From: Raillietiella orientalis
Lineage: Eukaryota
Direction of reading: 5' to 3'
Assembly (NCBI GenBank): GCA_036172245.1
Contig: JAYWIR010000108.1
Coordinates: 1 to 64,000 of the forward strand
DNA: 64,000 nucleotides
Shown here: positions 36,601-50,844 of the stretch, piece after piece
Layout: each line of letters opens with the position of its first letter
Position numbering within the stretch: position 1 is the stretch's first letter
Translations under genes and position numbers: made by a program
Notes under the pieces: generated by a model
Told to the model about the DNA's origin: nothing
Seen by the model: the letters and a program-made list of their open reading frames with translations, nothing else
Databases searched by the model: none

Positions 36601-39329
36601 CGAATCCGGGGGGCCGGCGGTGAGGGGGAAACTCCTCGTAGAACTCGCGGACCGAGGCATTGAAGAGGTCCAAATCTTTCAGACTGCGGAGGGTGACGCC
36701 TCTCAGGAATTCGCAAACGTGTTCCTTCGCACCTGAGAGGCGCGTCCAGTCCCCAGGCAACCGCCACGCCCTGGACGGGGGTCCTTTGTCGCGCGGGCAA
36801 ACCTTGGTGATGATCCTGGAATGGTCCGACAGCGTCGACGCAACTTTTCCCCGTTTGCCGACCCGCGAGCACAAGTCGACATCCAGGAGCAAGTGGTCGA
36901 TACTGCGGTCCATTCCCTCCGCGTCTGCCAACAAGTTGCGCGTGCGCATGGCAGCGCACAACTCGTTAGCCGTGCGTTCTTGGGCTTCGGGCTCACCTGA
37001 CAGCAGACGGAGATTGAAGTCTCCAGCTATCAGGTGTGCCTTCCGCACATTCGTGTCGGCAAGCCAATCGCGCTTCAGGGTTTCCAGCAGCCTGGTACAG
37101 TCGCTGTATCTCCCTTTCTCACTCGGAGCGTACACGTTCGTGACGATCAATTCGATCGAGTCGGACCAGCTGAGAATCAGCTGACCGACCCGACCGTCGT
37201 CATCAAAGCGTACGCCCTTCACGGCAGCGTCGATGGCCGGCTTTCCGAAGAACGCGACCTCTCAGGTGTTGCGGGCGCCGCATCGCCAATACAGTCGACC
37301 CCCCGCGATCACCTCGATCTCCTGGACGTCTGCCGAAGAGATCACGTGGATCTCCTGCAGCAGGGCCAGGTCGAGCTCACGCAGGGTGTCGGCCGTATCT
37401 CGTCTGTTGCCGTCGTCGCGCAGCCCGTTGACGTTCCTACTGGCCACGCGGATTCGACAGCGACAGGCGATCCCAGGTGTTATTCCTGGGAAATCGGCTG
37501 TGCGGCGTCCGCCACCTGTTGGGGAGGGACGCTAGGTGCAGAAGGAGGGACAGGTGCCTCTAGCACCTGGTGACCCTCTTCCATCGGTGACGGCGCGTCG
37601 GGCGGTTCACCCTCAGGTGGGGTCGCGCCTACCTGCTGGCCCTCCTCCATAGGGGTGGGCTCCTCAGGGTCCGCGACGGCAGGCGGGATTTCGCCCCCCT
37701 GCTCACCCTAATCCATGGGGGTGTCCTGCTCGACGGCTTCCTCGCGTGGGAGCTCCCCCTCCGGGATTCCCACGCTGCCGGCGACTTCCTGCTTCTCCTC
37801 CTCGCTCGTGGAGGGGAGGCGCTTCCTCGGCTTTTGGAACTTGCGTCCCGTCTTCCGGGGGGGTGCCTCCGAGGAGGAGGATGCACTTCCGGCCCCCAGG
37901 TCGCACTCACCTGCGGGGGCCTTCTTCGGCGGAGCCGGCGATCGTACGGCCTTGCGTGAGGGGTTCTCACGCTCAGCCAGCGTGGCTGCGAGCTCTTCCG
38001 CCGCCTTCGCGAAGGCGGCGTCCTCGCCGGCGGCGAGCGCGTCGCGCGTCTCACCCTCTGTGCAAACAGAGGGTTCGCCGTCGCAAACCTCGGGCGCGGC
38101 GGAAACGGCGAGGGGAGGCTTGTCGCCCCGGGTGGCAGCCTCGGGAACGCTGATGCGCTCCAGTGCTACCGAGCACTCGCGGAGAGTTTTAGATCGCGGA
38201 CCAGGTTTTTTCGCCTTCGCGCCCAACTTTTTCTCCGCCTTCTCTTGTGAACCCTTTTTGGGTTCTTTTCTGGCCTTTACCAGCGTCCATCCTTCTTCCT
38301 CGCCCGCGTCTTTCGCGGTTTTTTCCGCCGCCGCCTGGGTTGGAGGAGGAGGAGAAGGCTGCTGGGGCCGGCCATTCTCGCGATGAGGTCTTTCGACCTT
38401 ATTCATCTTTTTCGCCTGTGCCTTTTTGGCAGCAGGTGGCACCGGGGTGGAACGTTTAGGGCACACACGACGGACGTGTCCCTTTTCCCCGCACAAGTGG
38501 CACTCGATATTCGGGCACCGCCTGCGCACATGCCTTAATGCATCGCAATAGCCACAATAGCGGGGTTTCCCCACATACCAGAGGTCGACGGGCTCCTTCC
38601 CGACCTCCAGTTTGTGGGGTAACCCAGCACCCTCGTTCACAGTGACACGCGCTGCTGCCTCGCCACCAATGAGGCTGTTATAGCCGTCAAAAATGGTTGG
38701 CTTTGGCCACAGCGCGTGCACATCTCTGTATTTCCTCAATTCCGCGTTCACCGCAGAGCGCGTCATGCGGTTCGTGATATCCGTTAGATGGAACACTACG
38801 GAGCGGTCCATGCTAGCGGGTAGGATCTTTCGGCCAGCCACATTCAGCGGAATGTTGATGGGGCGCTGCGCTAGGGCTACGTCTTTGCAAACGACCTCCA
38901 CGCGTTGCCTTCCGCTGAGTACGGCGAGGCCGTCAAGATCCTCCTCACGCACGGGAAATTGCTGTAGTGCCTTGCTCAAGGCAAGCGCGCTGCGACCGTC
39001 GAACAGATTTCCTACCTTATACACCAGGGATGGTTTTTATCCGGAGGCCCTGTAGGCCGCTTGCTCAGTCAAACTTTCCGCTCTCGGCGCGGCGAACCTG
39101 GCGCTCCAGCTCCTCGTCTTAGGCGACGAGGACGATTCCGGGGCGGATGCCCCTGATTCTGTAGGTCGTAAGGGGGGCTAGGCTCCCTCACGCCTACCTC
39201 CATCGTAATGTCCTCTGGCAGCGATGCCATCGGACACGAACGATGTGAAAAAGCACACACAGAACCAAAAAAAACCGCTTTCCGCTGCTCGTTCGCGGAG
39301 CGCCGGAAAAACACGTCCGCTCTCGATGA
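33669..39329 (-). mobile_element. Full-length family A element inserted antisense at the 'GFG' site of family B ORF2
   Basis: GGACGTG at 39318; ORF1 ~39230-37480; ORF2 ~37480-33885 with all motifs; hairpin 33675-33690. The host resumes with EGPSNERCYLQARRY; the TSD is degenerate. Confidence 0.9.
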
Positions 39330-42249
39330 GAGGTAGTTAAGGAGGGGCCAAGTAACGAAAGGTGCTATCTTCAGGCCCGACGTTACGCGAGAACCCCCAA
39401 AATGCGCAGGTTAGCAGAGTATCGAGCGGGAGCCGAGAGGCAAGCCTGGCAATCCGGGTCGGCCAGCTTGCTGGAAGACCAGGGCCGGGAGCACTCGGTT
39501 CCCGCTCAGAAACGCGGGATAGTGAGGAAATTTTACTCCTCCCTGTACGCCAGGGCGCCTCCGGAGCGAGACGTCTTAGGACTTCTGCTTCCGGAAGGTG
39601 CTCCAGCGATCGGGGAGGAGAATAAAAGAAGCCTCGACGGGCCTTTCACGATGGACGAGATCCTCTCGGCCATCGGAAAGCTCAAGAGGCGGAAGGCTCC
39701 AGGCGAGGACGGCCTATTCGTGGAGTTTTACCAAACTTTCGCGGCTGAGCTTACCCCCCTGGTACAGGAACTCACCTTGCTGATACGCGAAACAGGTGAC
39801 GCTCCCGCCTCGTTTCGTTCGGCAAAGGTGCGGCTCCTCCCTAAGGGAGGAGATCTGAGGAGCATGAACAACTGGCGTCCCATCACAATAGTGAATGCGG
39901 ACGCCAAGTTGGTAGCCAAGATGTGGGCAGAGCGTCTGGGACGGGTTGCCAACATCTTCATCAGCCCGGAACAGACATATGCTGTTCCCGGTCGAAGCAT
40001 GGAGGCGAACCTGTTCCACGCTTCCACATGGTTAGAACTCCAACAAGAACGGAGCATAAAAAGCAACCGGAATTCCGGTGCGTCCGTCGGTAGGGGACGG
40101 GATGGTCGGGAGGGGAGAGGAGCCCTCGCGGTCGCAGTCGATTTGCATAAAGCATTCGAATGCGTCGACCAGAATCTCCTTTTGGAGCTTCTAGAACGCT
40201 TGGGCTTCCCGGTTTTCTTGCGGGCCTACCTGCGCTCCAGCTGGCGCGACGCGTTTATTAATGTTTTTTTTAGTGGATCCACCGTGTAAGCCGTAATGGT
40301 GCGACGCGGCATACGGCAGGGAGACAGCCTCAGCCCCTTGCTCTTCAGCGCCTATTTCGAATTGGTGCTAAGAACGTACAGGGAGACTCTGGCGCACCTG
40401 CCGTGCGATTGTCCCGGGAGGCCTGCGGTTTCGGGGTACGCGGGCGACCTTCTGCTGCTGCTGCCTATGTCCACCCCGGGTGCGGCGGTCGAAAAGTTCT
40501 TCGACCTGCTGAGTCGGGGAACAGGACTGACGGTGAACAGGGCGAAGTCGTCCGTAATGCCAGTCGGAGCGGCGTGGGCAGGGCAGCAGCACTGGGCCCG
40601 TTTGGGGATCCCCACGGTGAGGTACTTCAAGTACCTTAGTGTGCCGTTGGTGGACTACTCCCCTGCGGAAGCGTGGTCCGGCTGCCTTCAGAAGGCTCAG
40701 GCGGCGATCGGCCCGTTCCAAGACGGCAGGTTCTACCTGCTGGAAGGGGCCGCGGCGTGGAACGCGTTTGCGGCTCTTCTCCTTCGCCCATTGTTTTTTG
40801 TTTGCCCCCCCTCAGCAAAGTCAAAGAAGAGGACGAAGGACCTCCTGAGGATCGCCCTTTGGGGCAGAGGGAGGCCCCGAGTCCGTCTTTCGGACTTGTG
40901 CGCTCCTCGTCGGGATGGTGGTCTGGGCCTTCTGACGTTGGAGCGGCTGGAGCTACAGCTCCAGTTTTGAGTAGTTGCCTTTATGGCAGCAAATTGGTGC
41001 ACCCCTTGGTGCCTCCCTGCACGTCTCCTCGTCGAACGGGCCGCCGGCAATGCGGGACTTTCGTATTACTCTGCACTCCGAAGCTTCATCTGCCACTGCG
41101 GACTTCAACTTCTGAGGGCGGCCAAGCTCGTGAAGAACAACTCGGCGCGGTTCCTCGTACGCTCCGCGAGCGGTCCTGCCTGGTTGCAGGAAACCGTCCG
41201 CACGTGGGCGATGATTCAAGAGCAGAGCCCGCAACACGAGCGAATAGCTCTGTTCGGGCCGCATGCCCGCCGCACGCTCCGAGAAATCATCGAGAATCCC
41301 CGAAGGAGAGCGTGGGCACAAAGAACCTCCCTTGCTGCGTTGCTGCCTACCCTACGCGAACATCTGGGCAGCGACGTCGCGGCACAATGGGAGGTTACTG
41401 TCAAGATCGCCTGCAGGGCAAAGATGATCGGGGTTTGGAGAACGGTTCAGCTCACGAACGCTGCGACCCCGAGGACCACTTCAAATAAACTGTAGCGCTG
41501 GGGAGAGCTACTGCTTGTTCCAGAGGAACATCTCGAGTGGCCTCCGGTGCTCATGGACTCGCGCACCCTCCCCATGAAGTGGCAACAGTCGGCACTGATG
41601 GTGTTGCATTGGGGGCTTCCTTGCAACGCCCGCCGACACCACTGGACGCGGGGGGGTGTCAACCCTAATTGTGTCAGGTGCGGGGAGAGGGAATACCTAC
41701 CCCACCTGTTAGTGGATTGTGTTGCCCTCCGTCCCTTGTGGGAATGCTTTGCCGCAGCCCTGGGGATCCCCGGAGGCAACCCCAGAGACCCTTTGCGCCC
41801 CCTCTTCGTCCGTGACGCCCTGCCTCCAGCGGTCTCGCTTGCAGCCCTGTGCTGCCTACGCGGGATCTTCGTGGCATGCAGCAAAGCGACGGGAGGATTT
41901 AGCGACAGGGATGCCAACGTGTATGCCGCCCGTTTCCTCAGGATGGCGACGCTATGGCTCGATCTGGAACCACACAAGCAGAAACAGCTTGCCGGCATGC
42001 TCCAGAGGATGACGGACCCTCCCAGCAGACTGTGATATCTTCCCTCTCCCTTTCTGATTTTTGTTTATTATTTGTTTTCTTTTTGTTTCGTTCCCCCTCC
42101 CCTCTGCTGCCGAGGTCGACCGCGCCGGTCTGCGCACCGGTAGCCCGGCAAGCTATATCTTTCCAGGGCGTGGCTGGATTACTGGTCCAGTCACAGATTG
42201 TATAGGTTTATTCGTGAGAATAAACGTCCCGGCGCACCCGGGTTTCAAC
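39330..42249 (+). mobile_element. Family B element, 3' part (RT, zinc finger, 3' UTR)
   Basis: PGEDGL, WRPIT, DLHKAF, GIRQGD, CVRC..HLLVDC; AATAAA 42219-42224 followed by CCCGG-CGCAC-CCGGG. Confidence 0.88.
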
Positions 42250-44892
42250 GGAGACTTCGGAGCGTGACGCCTATCAGGTATTCGCGAAGGTGTTCCTTCG
42301 CACCTGAGATTCGCTTCCAGTCCCCCGGCAGACGCCAATCCCTGGATGGAGGTCCTTTGTCACGAGGCCGCATCTCGAAAGTTAACCGGGAATGGTCCGA
42401 CAACGTTGACGCAACCCTCCCCCGTTTCCCGACTCGTTAACACAGGTCAGCGTCGAGGAAAACGTGATCGATGCTGCGGACTATTTCCCTCTCACCCGCG
42501 AAGAAGTTGCGCGCACGCATGGCGGCGCACAACTCGTTCATCGCGTTCACTTGTGTTTCCGGCTCACCTCTTAGCAGGCGGAGATTGAAATCTCCCGCTA
42601 TCAGGTGAGCCTTTCGCACGTTCGTGTCCGCCAGCCAGTCGCGCTTTAGGGTTTCCAGCAGCCTGGTACGGTCGCTGTATCTCTATTTACCGCCGGGGGC
42701 GTACACATTCGTGACGATCAGTTCGATCGAGTCGGACCAGCTGAGAATCAGCTGACCGACCCGACCGTCGTCATCGAAGCGCACTCCCTTCACGGCAGCT
42801 TCGATGGCCGGCTTCACGAAGAACGCGACCCCGCAGGTGTTGCGGATGATGCACCGCCAATACAACCGACCCCCCGCGATCGTCTCGATCTCCTGGGCGT
42901 CTGCCGCGGTGATCACGTGGATCTCCTGCAGCAGGGCCAGGTCGAGCTCACGCAGGTTATCGGCCGTATCTCGCTTGTTACCGTCGTCGCGCAGCCCGTT
43001 GACGTTCCAACAGGCGGCGCGAATCCGACGGCGACTGGCGATCCCAGGTGTTACTCCTGGAAAGATGGCGATGCGGCGTCCGCCACCTGTTGGGGCGTGA
43101 CGCTAGGTGGAGGAGGAGGGTCAGGCGCTGCGTGCACCTGGTCCCCCTCCTCCATGGGTAACGGCGCGTCGAGGGGGTCACCCTTAGGTGGGGTCGCGCC
43201 TACCTGTTGGCCCTCCTCCATGGGGGCGGGCTGTTCAGGCTCCTCGACTGCAGGGAGGACTTCGCCCCCCTGCTCACCCTCCTCCATGGGGGTTGCCGGC
43301 TCGATGGCTTCCTAGCGTGGGAGTTCCCCCTCCGGGATTCCTACGCTACCGCTAGCTTCCTGCTTCTCCTCCTCGCTGATGGAGGGAAGGCGCCTCCTGG
43401 GTTTCTGGGACTTGCGTCACGACTTCCTGGGAGGTGCCTCCGAGGAGGAGGATGCACTTCCGGACCCCAGGTCCGACTCACCTGTGGGGGCCTTTTTCGC
43501 GGGAGCCGGCCTTCGCACGGCCTTGCGTGAGGGGTTCACACGCTCCGCCAGCGTGGCTGCGAGCTCCTCCGCCGCCTTTGCGAACGCGGCGTCCTCGGTG
43601 TCGAACGGCGGGTCGCGCGGCTCACCCTCTGTTTGCACAGAGGGTTCGCCGTCGCGAACTTCGGGCGCGGCGGAAACGGCGAGGGGATGCTCGTCGCCCC
43701 GGGTGGCATCTTCCGGAACGACGATACGTTCCAGTGCCACCGTGCACTCGCGTACGGTTTTCGAACGCGGCCCGGGTTTTTTTGCCTTACCGGCCGGCTT
43801 CTCTTTCTTCTCCTTTAAAGGAGCTTTTTTCTCTTCTCTGGCTGCTACAAGTTGCCAGCTCTCTTCACCTTCCGCCTCTTGGGAAGGTTTATCCTCTGTC
43901 TTTTCTTTTGGAGGTTGAGGATCTGGCAGCTTCAGCCGGCCAGCGTCCTCCTTAGGTCATGTGACCTTTAGTGCGCGTTTCCCCTGCGCCTTTTTCGCGG
44001 CAGGAGGAACCGGGGTGGGGGTTTTAAGCACACACGTCGAACGTGGCCCTTCTCCTCGCACATGTGGCATTGGATGTAAGGACACCTCTTGCGAAGGTGA
44101 CCTACGGTATCGCAGTAGCCGCAATACCGGGGCTTTCCCACGTACCAGAGGCCAACGCTCTCCTGCGCGACCTCCAGCTTGTGGGGAAGCCCACAGTCCT
44201 TACTCACGGTTACCCGCGCTGCAGCCCGGCCTCCGAAATGGCTATTGAAGCTTCCAAAGATTGTTGGCTTAGGCCATAGCGCGTGCACTTCGCCGAACTT
44301 CTGTAGCACTTGTGCTACCGCAGAGCGAGTCATACGGCTCGTTATTCCAGTGAGATGGACCACCACGGAGCGGTCCATCGTCACCGGCAAGATCTTGCGG
44401 CCGTCGACGTTCAACGGGTTGGTGATAAGAGTCTAAGCCAAGGTGATGTCCTTGCACACCACCTCGACTCGCTGACCTCCGCTGAGAACGGACAAACCGT
44501 CAAGATCTTGTTCTCTTACTCCGGCGTTTTGCAGCGCTTTCGAAAACGCGCGTGCCGTTTTTCCGTCGAATAAGGGGCCTACCTGGTACACCAAGCTGGG
44601 CATGTACCCAGCTGCCCGGTGGGCCGCCATCTCGGCCACGGTATCCGCGCTCGGCGCGGCCACCATGGCGCTCCAGCTCCTCGCCTTGGGCGACGAGGAC
44701 GATTCCGGGGCGGACGCCCCTGATTCTGTAGGCTGTGAAGGTGGGCAGGCCTCCCCCACATCTACCTCTATCGTGATGTCCTCATGCATCTATGCCATCG
44801 GACACGAACGATGTTCCACACCAAAGAACACAAGAAAAAAACTGCTTCCTGTCGACTCACTCGGGAGCGAAGGAAACACACGTCCACTCGCC
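42250..44892 (-). mobile_element. Family A element, 5' half (ORF1 and endonuclease), cut at 'VTLRSL'
   Basis: GGACGTG at 44885; CGYCDTVGHLRKRC; TAACA junction at ~43051; endonuclease motifs. Confidence 0.88.
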
Positions 44893-44905
44893 AAGGGATT
44901 CGGCG

Positions 44906-45798
44906 ATGCAACCACGATACGCTGAAACGTTTATTAAAAAACATTTCAACGGGCAATACAGAACGTGGAACAAGGCCCCACTGACGGCCACGGAATGCCG
45001 GAACTGCCGGGACACCGGGACGCAGCCCGGTGTGGCTCTTCTCCGCAGTGGAGGGGGATGGGGGAAAAAACAAAAATAAACTAAAAGAGAAAAACATACC
45101 ACAAAAAAAAAAAAGTTTGGAGGGCCGGGAAGAGATCACAGAAAACTGCTGGGAGCGCCCATCCTTTGCAGGATGCCTTCTAGTTCCATTTTCTGCTTTC
45201 TTAGGTGGGGCCATCGGGTAGCTCTCTGCAGAAAGCGAGAAGCATACTCGATGACGTCCCTCACGATGCAGTCTTCATCTTCGTTATCACTCCAGGCCGC
45301 CACGATACCACGAATTCAGCAAAGTGCTGCCAGGGCTGCGGCTGGACTGAGGGCGTCCCGCACGAAGACAAGACTGAAGATACATTCAACATTGCCACCA
45401 TCCGTTATCCGCAGGGCCGTTTTCAGACGATCCCAAAGAATCTGGACGGCATGGCATTCAACTAAGAGGTATGGGAGCGTCTCCCGCTCCCCACACCTGG
45501 CACACGCAGGATTTACTCTTCACCGCGTCCAGTGGAAGCGGCGCGCGTTGCAGGGTAGACCCCAATGCATCCACAGAAGCGCCGATTCTTGCCACTTCAG
45601 GGGGAGAATCCTGGATCCAATTAGAACCGGGGGCCACTTCAGGTCATCCAATCGAATGCCGAGCAGCTCGTTCCATCTTCTTAATCCACGAGGCTGGAGA
45701 CTAAGGGTCGTTGCATCTGTCAACTCTCCCATGGTCCAGCCGCTCATCATGTTCTCTCTGCCTGCGATACGGCAGCAGGCTTGCCACCTTGGCTTCCG
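44906..45798 (-). mobile_element. A-like element 3' end (ORF2 C-terminus and 3' UTR)
   Basis: RKPRWQ...KWQESALL..WGLPCNARR; AATAAA and a decayed terminal hairpin. Confidence 0.82.
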
Positions 45799-48700
45799 GG
45801 CCGAAGGAAAAAACAATCCACTAGCAGGTGGGTGAGGGAATCCCGTTCCCCACACCTGACGCAATTGGGGTCCACCGTTCCCCAGGTCCAGTGGTGACGG
45901 CGGGCGTTGCAGGGAAGTCCACAGTGCTGCAACAGAAGAGCCGACTCCTGCCATTTCAAGGGGAGGGCGGAAGTGTTCATGAGCACCGGTGGCCACTTCA
46001 GATGTTCAATGGGAACATCGAGCAGCGCGCCCCAGCGCAGAAGTCCACTAGGAGACGTACTCGGGGTCGCAGCGTCTGTTATCTGGGCCGTCTTCCACTT
46101 TCCTATCTTCATCTCCTTTCCGGAGATTGTTACTGTAACCACCCACTTCGCCGCAACATCGCTGTCCAGATCTTCCATTAAGGAGAACAGCGCAGCAGCG
46201 AGGGGGGTTCTTCCTGCCCACGCTCTCTTCGTTGGATCCTAAAGGATCTCGCGGAGCGTGCAACTTCTGTAACCCCCAAACAGGAACCTTCGCTCCTGTT
46301 GAGAGAGTTGCATGATGAACTGTCCCCACGTTCCAACGATTTCCTGCAACCAGGCACTACCGTTCAACGGGCGACCGGTTAGTAATCCTGGGATTTTCCG
46401 ATACAGCGCAGCCACCCTCCGTAGCTGGAGTCCGCATCGGTTGATGCAGCGACGGAGTGCAAGAAACGACGTGAGTCCCGTCTTGCCATTGGCTTGCTGG
46501 GAAAGGAGAGGTGCAGGGACGCACCAACAAGTGCACCACAACTCTGGAACGAGTGCCGACAAGCGGAACTGGAGCTGAAGCTCTAGCCGCTCCAACGTCA
46601 GGAGGCCCAGACCACCATTCCGACGAGCAGCGCACAAGTCCTTTAAGCGGACTCGGGCCCTCCCGTTGCTTCAAAAGGCGATACGGAGGAGGTCCTTCGT
46701 CCGCTTTTTGATCCTCTCTATGGGGACGCAAACAAAAAGCAGGGAACGGAGGAGAGAAGCCGCGAACATGTTGCAAACCGCGGCCCGTTCAGGCAGGAAA
46801 AACGTGCCGCCTCGGAACGGGCCGATCGCCGTCTCTACTTTTTGGAGGCAGCTGGACCACGCTTCCGCAGGGGAGTAGTCCCTTAACGGCACACCAAGGT
46901 ATTTAAAGTACCTCACCGTGGGGATCCTCAAACGGACCCAGTACTGCTGCCCTGCCCACGCCGCACCAACTGGCATCACGGACGACTTCGCCCTGTTCAC
47001 CGTAAGTCCGGTTCCCCGATGCAGCAGTTCGAAGAAATCGACCGCCGCAGCCGGGGTGGACATAGGGAAAAGCAGCACAAGGTCGTCCGCGTATGCTGAA
47101 ACGGCCGGCGTACCGGCACAGTCGTGCGTCAGGTGCGCCAGAGTTCCCCTGTACGCACTCAGTACCAACTCCAAGTAGGTACTGAAGAGCAAGGGGCTCA
47201 GGCTGTCTCCCTGCCGGATCCCATGCCTCACTGGCACGCCGTGTACGGTCTGCCCGCTGAAAGTAGCATTGATGAGCGCGTCGCGTCAGCAGGAGCGCAG
47301 ATAGGCCCTTAATGATGTCGGGAAGCTTAAGCGTTTCAGAAGCTCCAGAAGGAGATTCTGGTCGACGCAATCGAATGCTTTTCGCAAGTCGATTGCGAGC
47401 GCAAGGGCTCCCTCCCTCACCCGACCATCCAACCCCTTGCCGGCGCACGCACCGGAATTCCGGCTGCGCACCAAGCTCCTTCCATGTTGGAGCTCTAGCC
47501 AGGTGGAAGCGTGGAACAGTTCGCCTCCATGCTTAGCCCGGAAGCAGCATATGTCTGTTCCGGGCTGATGAAGATGTTGGCAACCCGTCCCAGACGCTCT
47601 GCCCAAACCTCAGCCAGCAACCTGGGGTCCGCATTCACTATTGTGATGGGACGCCAGTTGTTCATGCTCCTCAGATCTCCTCCCTTAGGGAGTAGCCGCA
47701 CCTTTGCCGAACGAAACGAGGCGGGAACGTCACCCTTTTTGCGTATCAGCAAGGTGAGTTGCTGTACCAGGGGGGTAACCTCAGCCGCGAAAGTTCGATG
47801 AAACTCCGCGGGCAGGCCGTCCTCCCCTATAGACTCTCGCCTCTTGAGCTTTCCGATGGCCGAGAGGATCTCGTCCATCGTGAAAGGCTCGTCGAGGGTC
47901 TTTCTCTTCTCCTCCCCGATCGCTGGAGCGCCTTCCGGAAGCAGGAGTCGTGAGACGCTCCTCTCCGGAGGTGCCCTGGCATACAGGGAGGAGTAGTAAC
48001 TCCGCAGCAGGCCGCGGATTCGGGCAGATGCCGAGTGCTCCTGGCCCTCATCGTCCAGTAAGCTGGCCGATCCGGACTTCCAGGCTTGCCTTTCGGCTCC
48101 CGCTTTGTATTCCGCCAGCCTGCGGTTGTCGGAGGTCCTGGCGTAACGACGGGCCTGCAGGTAGGCTCGTTCGTTACGGACTTCAGTCCCAAAACCCGTA
48201 GGTAGGCGGTGCAGAGGGAACTGGTCGCCGAACTCCTGGTCCGACCGCTTGAAGCGGTCCCAATCTCGAAGTGTCCGCTGCCAGAAGCTCCGTATGAACG
48301 TGCGGATATGTTCCGCCGCGTCCGGGAGCTTCAGCCAGTCCCCTGGGAGACGCCACGCTGACGAGGAGGGGCCCCTGTCGCGCGGATGGATCTCGTGGAC
48401 TAGCGGGCGATAGTCGGACAGCTCGCACGGTAACCAGCCGCGCCTGCCAACGCGAGGGCACAGGTGCACGTCAAGAAACACTTGGTCAATGCTGTCTTCC
48501 ATCCCCGGTGCAATGGCCAACAAATTACAGGTGTGCACCACCATGAACACCTCGTTGACCAGGTCAAGCTCGGGATTCTGCCCATCTGGTTTCAGGCGAA
48601 CGTTGAAATCGCCTGCAACCAGATGGGCTTTCCGCACACCTGCTTCGGTCAGCCAGTCTCGCCGGAGGGCAAGGAAAAACTGTTTCCTCGCCCTCCTGTT

Positions 48701-50830
48701 CATCAGATCCTTGCCGCTCGGTGCGTACACGTTCGTCACAATCACATCGATCGAGTCGGACCACCTGAGAGTCAGCTGGCCGACACGACCGTGATCGTCG
48801 AACCGCACGCCCCGAGCCGCTGCCTCGACGGCTGGCCGAAGCAGGTAGGCGACACCGCAACTTTTCGCTCTCCCACACCTGTACCACAGCCGCCCTCCGG
48901 AGATCCGTTCGATCTCTTGCACTTGTTCTGCAGAGATCACGTGGATCTCCTGCAGCAGCGCAAGGTCGCTGGACTCCAGAAGGGCGGATATGTCTTGTCT
49001 CCTGCCGGCGTCTGTCATGCCGTTCACGTTCCAAACGGCGATGCGCAGACGACGGCGGGAGGAGATTCCCGGCATTACTGCTGGGAAGATTAAGGTGTGG
49101 GGGAGCCCGCCTCTTGCGAGCGGGGCGGGATGTCCATTGGGGTATCGGCCTTCTCAGGCACCTGAGGCACCTTTTCGACCTCCACCCCCTCCATCCCCTC
49201 CGTGTCCGTGCGTGGGAGTCTCTCGGGCGACGAATCCCGAGAGTTTTCCACGCTCATGGCACCCTCGCTTGCGGAAGTTATCTCTTCCCCTTCGACGGGG
49301 GAGACGAGCTTCCTTGGCTTTGTTGACTTACGTCCAGCCTTCTTGCGCGGTGCCGTGGAAACAAAGTCTGCGTTTCCGACCTCCACCTCGGAATCAGTAG
49401 TGGGGGACTCCTGAGGGGAGGCCGGACGCCTTAGGCCTTCTTGCTAGCCTTGAGGATTCTGGCTGCAACGAAGCTGCCAGCTCCTCCGCGGCTCGCGCGA
49501 CGGCTACGTCATCGATGGTGGTGTCGATGACGGACACCGCCGCAGTCTCGCTCCGCTCGCTATTGACAGTGTCATCAAACAAGTGTTCGTCGGTAGCGGC
49601 GAGTTCTTTTTCGCAGCGGTCGGGAATACGCTCGACGACAACGCTGCATTCGTTAATTTGCTCGCTTGCCTGCTGGTTTTTTTGGCGGTACGCGAGCTTT
49701 TTCTCCATCCTCCTCTCCTTCTTTGATTTTTTGGCCGTAGCCACCTGCCACCCAGGCTCCTGGCTTGTTCCCTCGATTTGTTGGGCGTTGTTCGCGGGGG
49801 TCTCGGGTGCGGCCTGGGCCTTGAGCGCGGGTGGTACAGCCTTCGCGGCAGCTTTCGCCGCCAGCCTTTTCTGCAGAAGCCGATCACGTTTTTGAAGGTT
49901 TCTCTTAAAAACCACCCGCACTGCTGCTTTAGGGCACACCTCCATCGTTTGTCCCATGGCTCGGCATACTTGGCACTGCACGTTGGGACACCTCTTTTTG
50001 AGGTGGCCCGACGTATTGGAGAAGCCACAGTATTTCGGCTTCCGCACATACCAGAGGTCGGCGGTTTCGCCTTCGACCACCAGTTTGTGGGGAAGAGTGC
50101 AGCCCTCCCGGAGGGTCACGCGTGCAGCAGGGAGGCCGTGTTGCAGCCCCGTGTAGTCCTTGAAAGAACTAACTTTTGTCCACTGCGCGTGGACCGTTCC
50201 GAACTGTTTCGAAGCGGCGCGAACCTGTTTTTTGCGCATTCGCGCGGTTACGCCTAACAGGTGGACCATCATGCTGCGTTCCGCCGTAGTGGGGAGGTGC
50301 CTGCGCGTCCCCATCACAACGGGGGTTTTTAGCAGTCGTTGGGCCAGCTCTGCATGTTTGCAGATGACCTCAACGTACTGACCCCCGCTGCATTTGGTCA
50401 TAGCGCTAAGCTCCTCCTCTATCACATCGATAGCGCGCATGCCCTTCGAAAAGGCGCGCGCGCTCTCTAAAGAATATAAATTGCCTACCTTGTAAAACAA
50501 TGAGGGTTTGTACCCCTCCTCTACATAGGCCGACAATTCCGCCGCGGCTGCAGGCGATGGCGCCGACACCACGGCGCTCCACGCCCGCGCTGCAGCGGGG
50601 ACCGATTCTGTGGGTTGGATGCCCCCAGCTCCATCGCCTCTGCAGGCGACGGTGCCGCCGCCCCCTGGCTCTCCATCGCCTCTGGGGGCGGCGCTGCTGC
50701 TGCCCCGTGGCCATCCCTGATGGTCGCGTCAGGCATCGCTGCCTGATCGACCACCGAACCACACGACGCCAGCACTATTGGAGACTTCTTGGCACGAGGA
50801 AGACCGAGAAAACACGTCCGCTCTAGAGCG
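45799..50830 (-). mobile_element. Near full-length family D element (3' end replaced by an A-like end)
   Basis: GGACGTG at 50819; ORF1 ~50736-49090; ORF2 from 49075 (526 aa still open) with endonuclease and RT motifs. Confidence 0.9.
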
Positions 50831-50844
50831 CACAAAGCATTCGA
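50831..50844. repeat. Isolated target-site copy CACAAAGCATTCGA between two tandem family D ends
   Basis: This 14-mer equals the RT H-K-A-F-D coding sequence and the family D TSD; it is flanked by a 5' end and a 3' end. Confidence 0.85.

Noticed and set aside
39330..39345. TSD for the 33669-39329 element
   Set aside because: Too degenerate relative to 33655-33668. Only the insertion position is supported.
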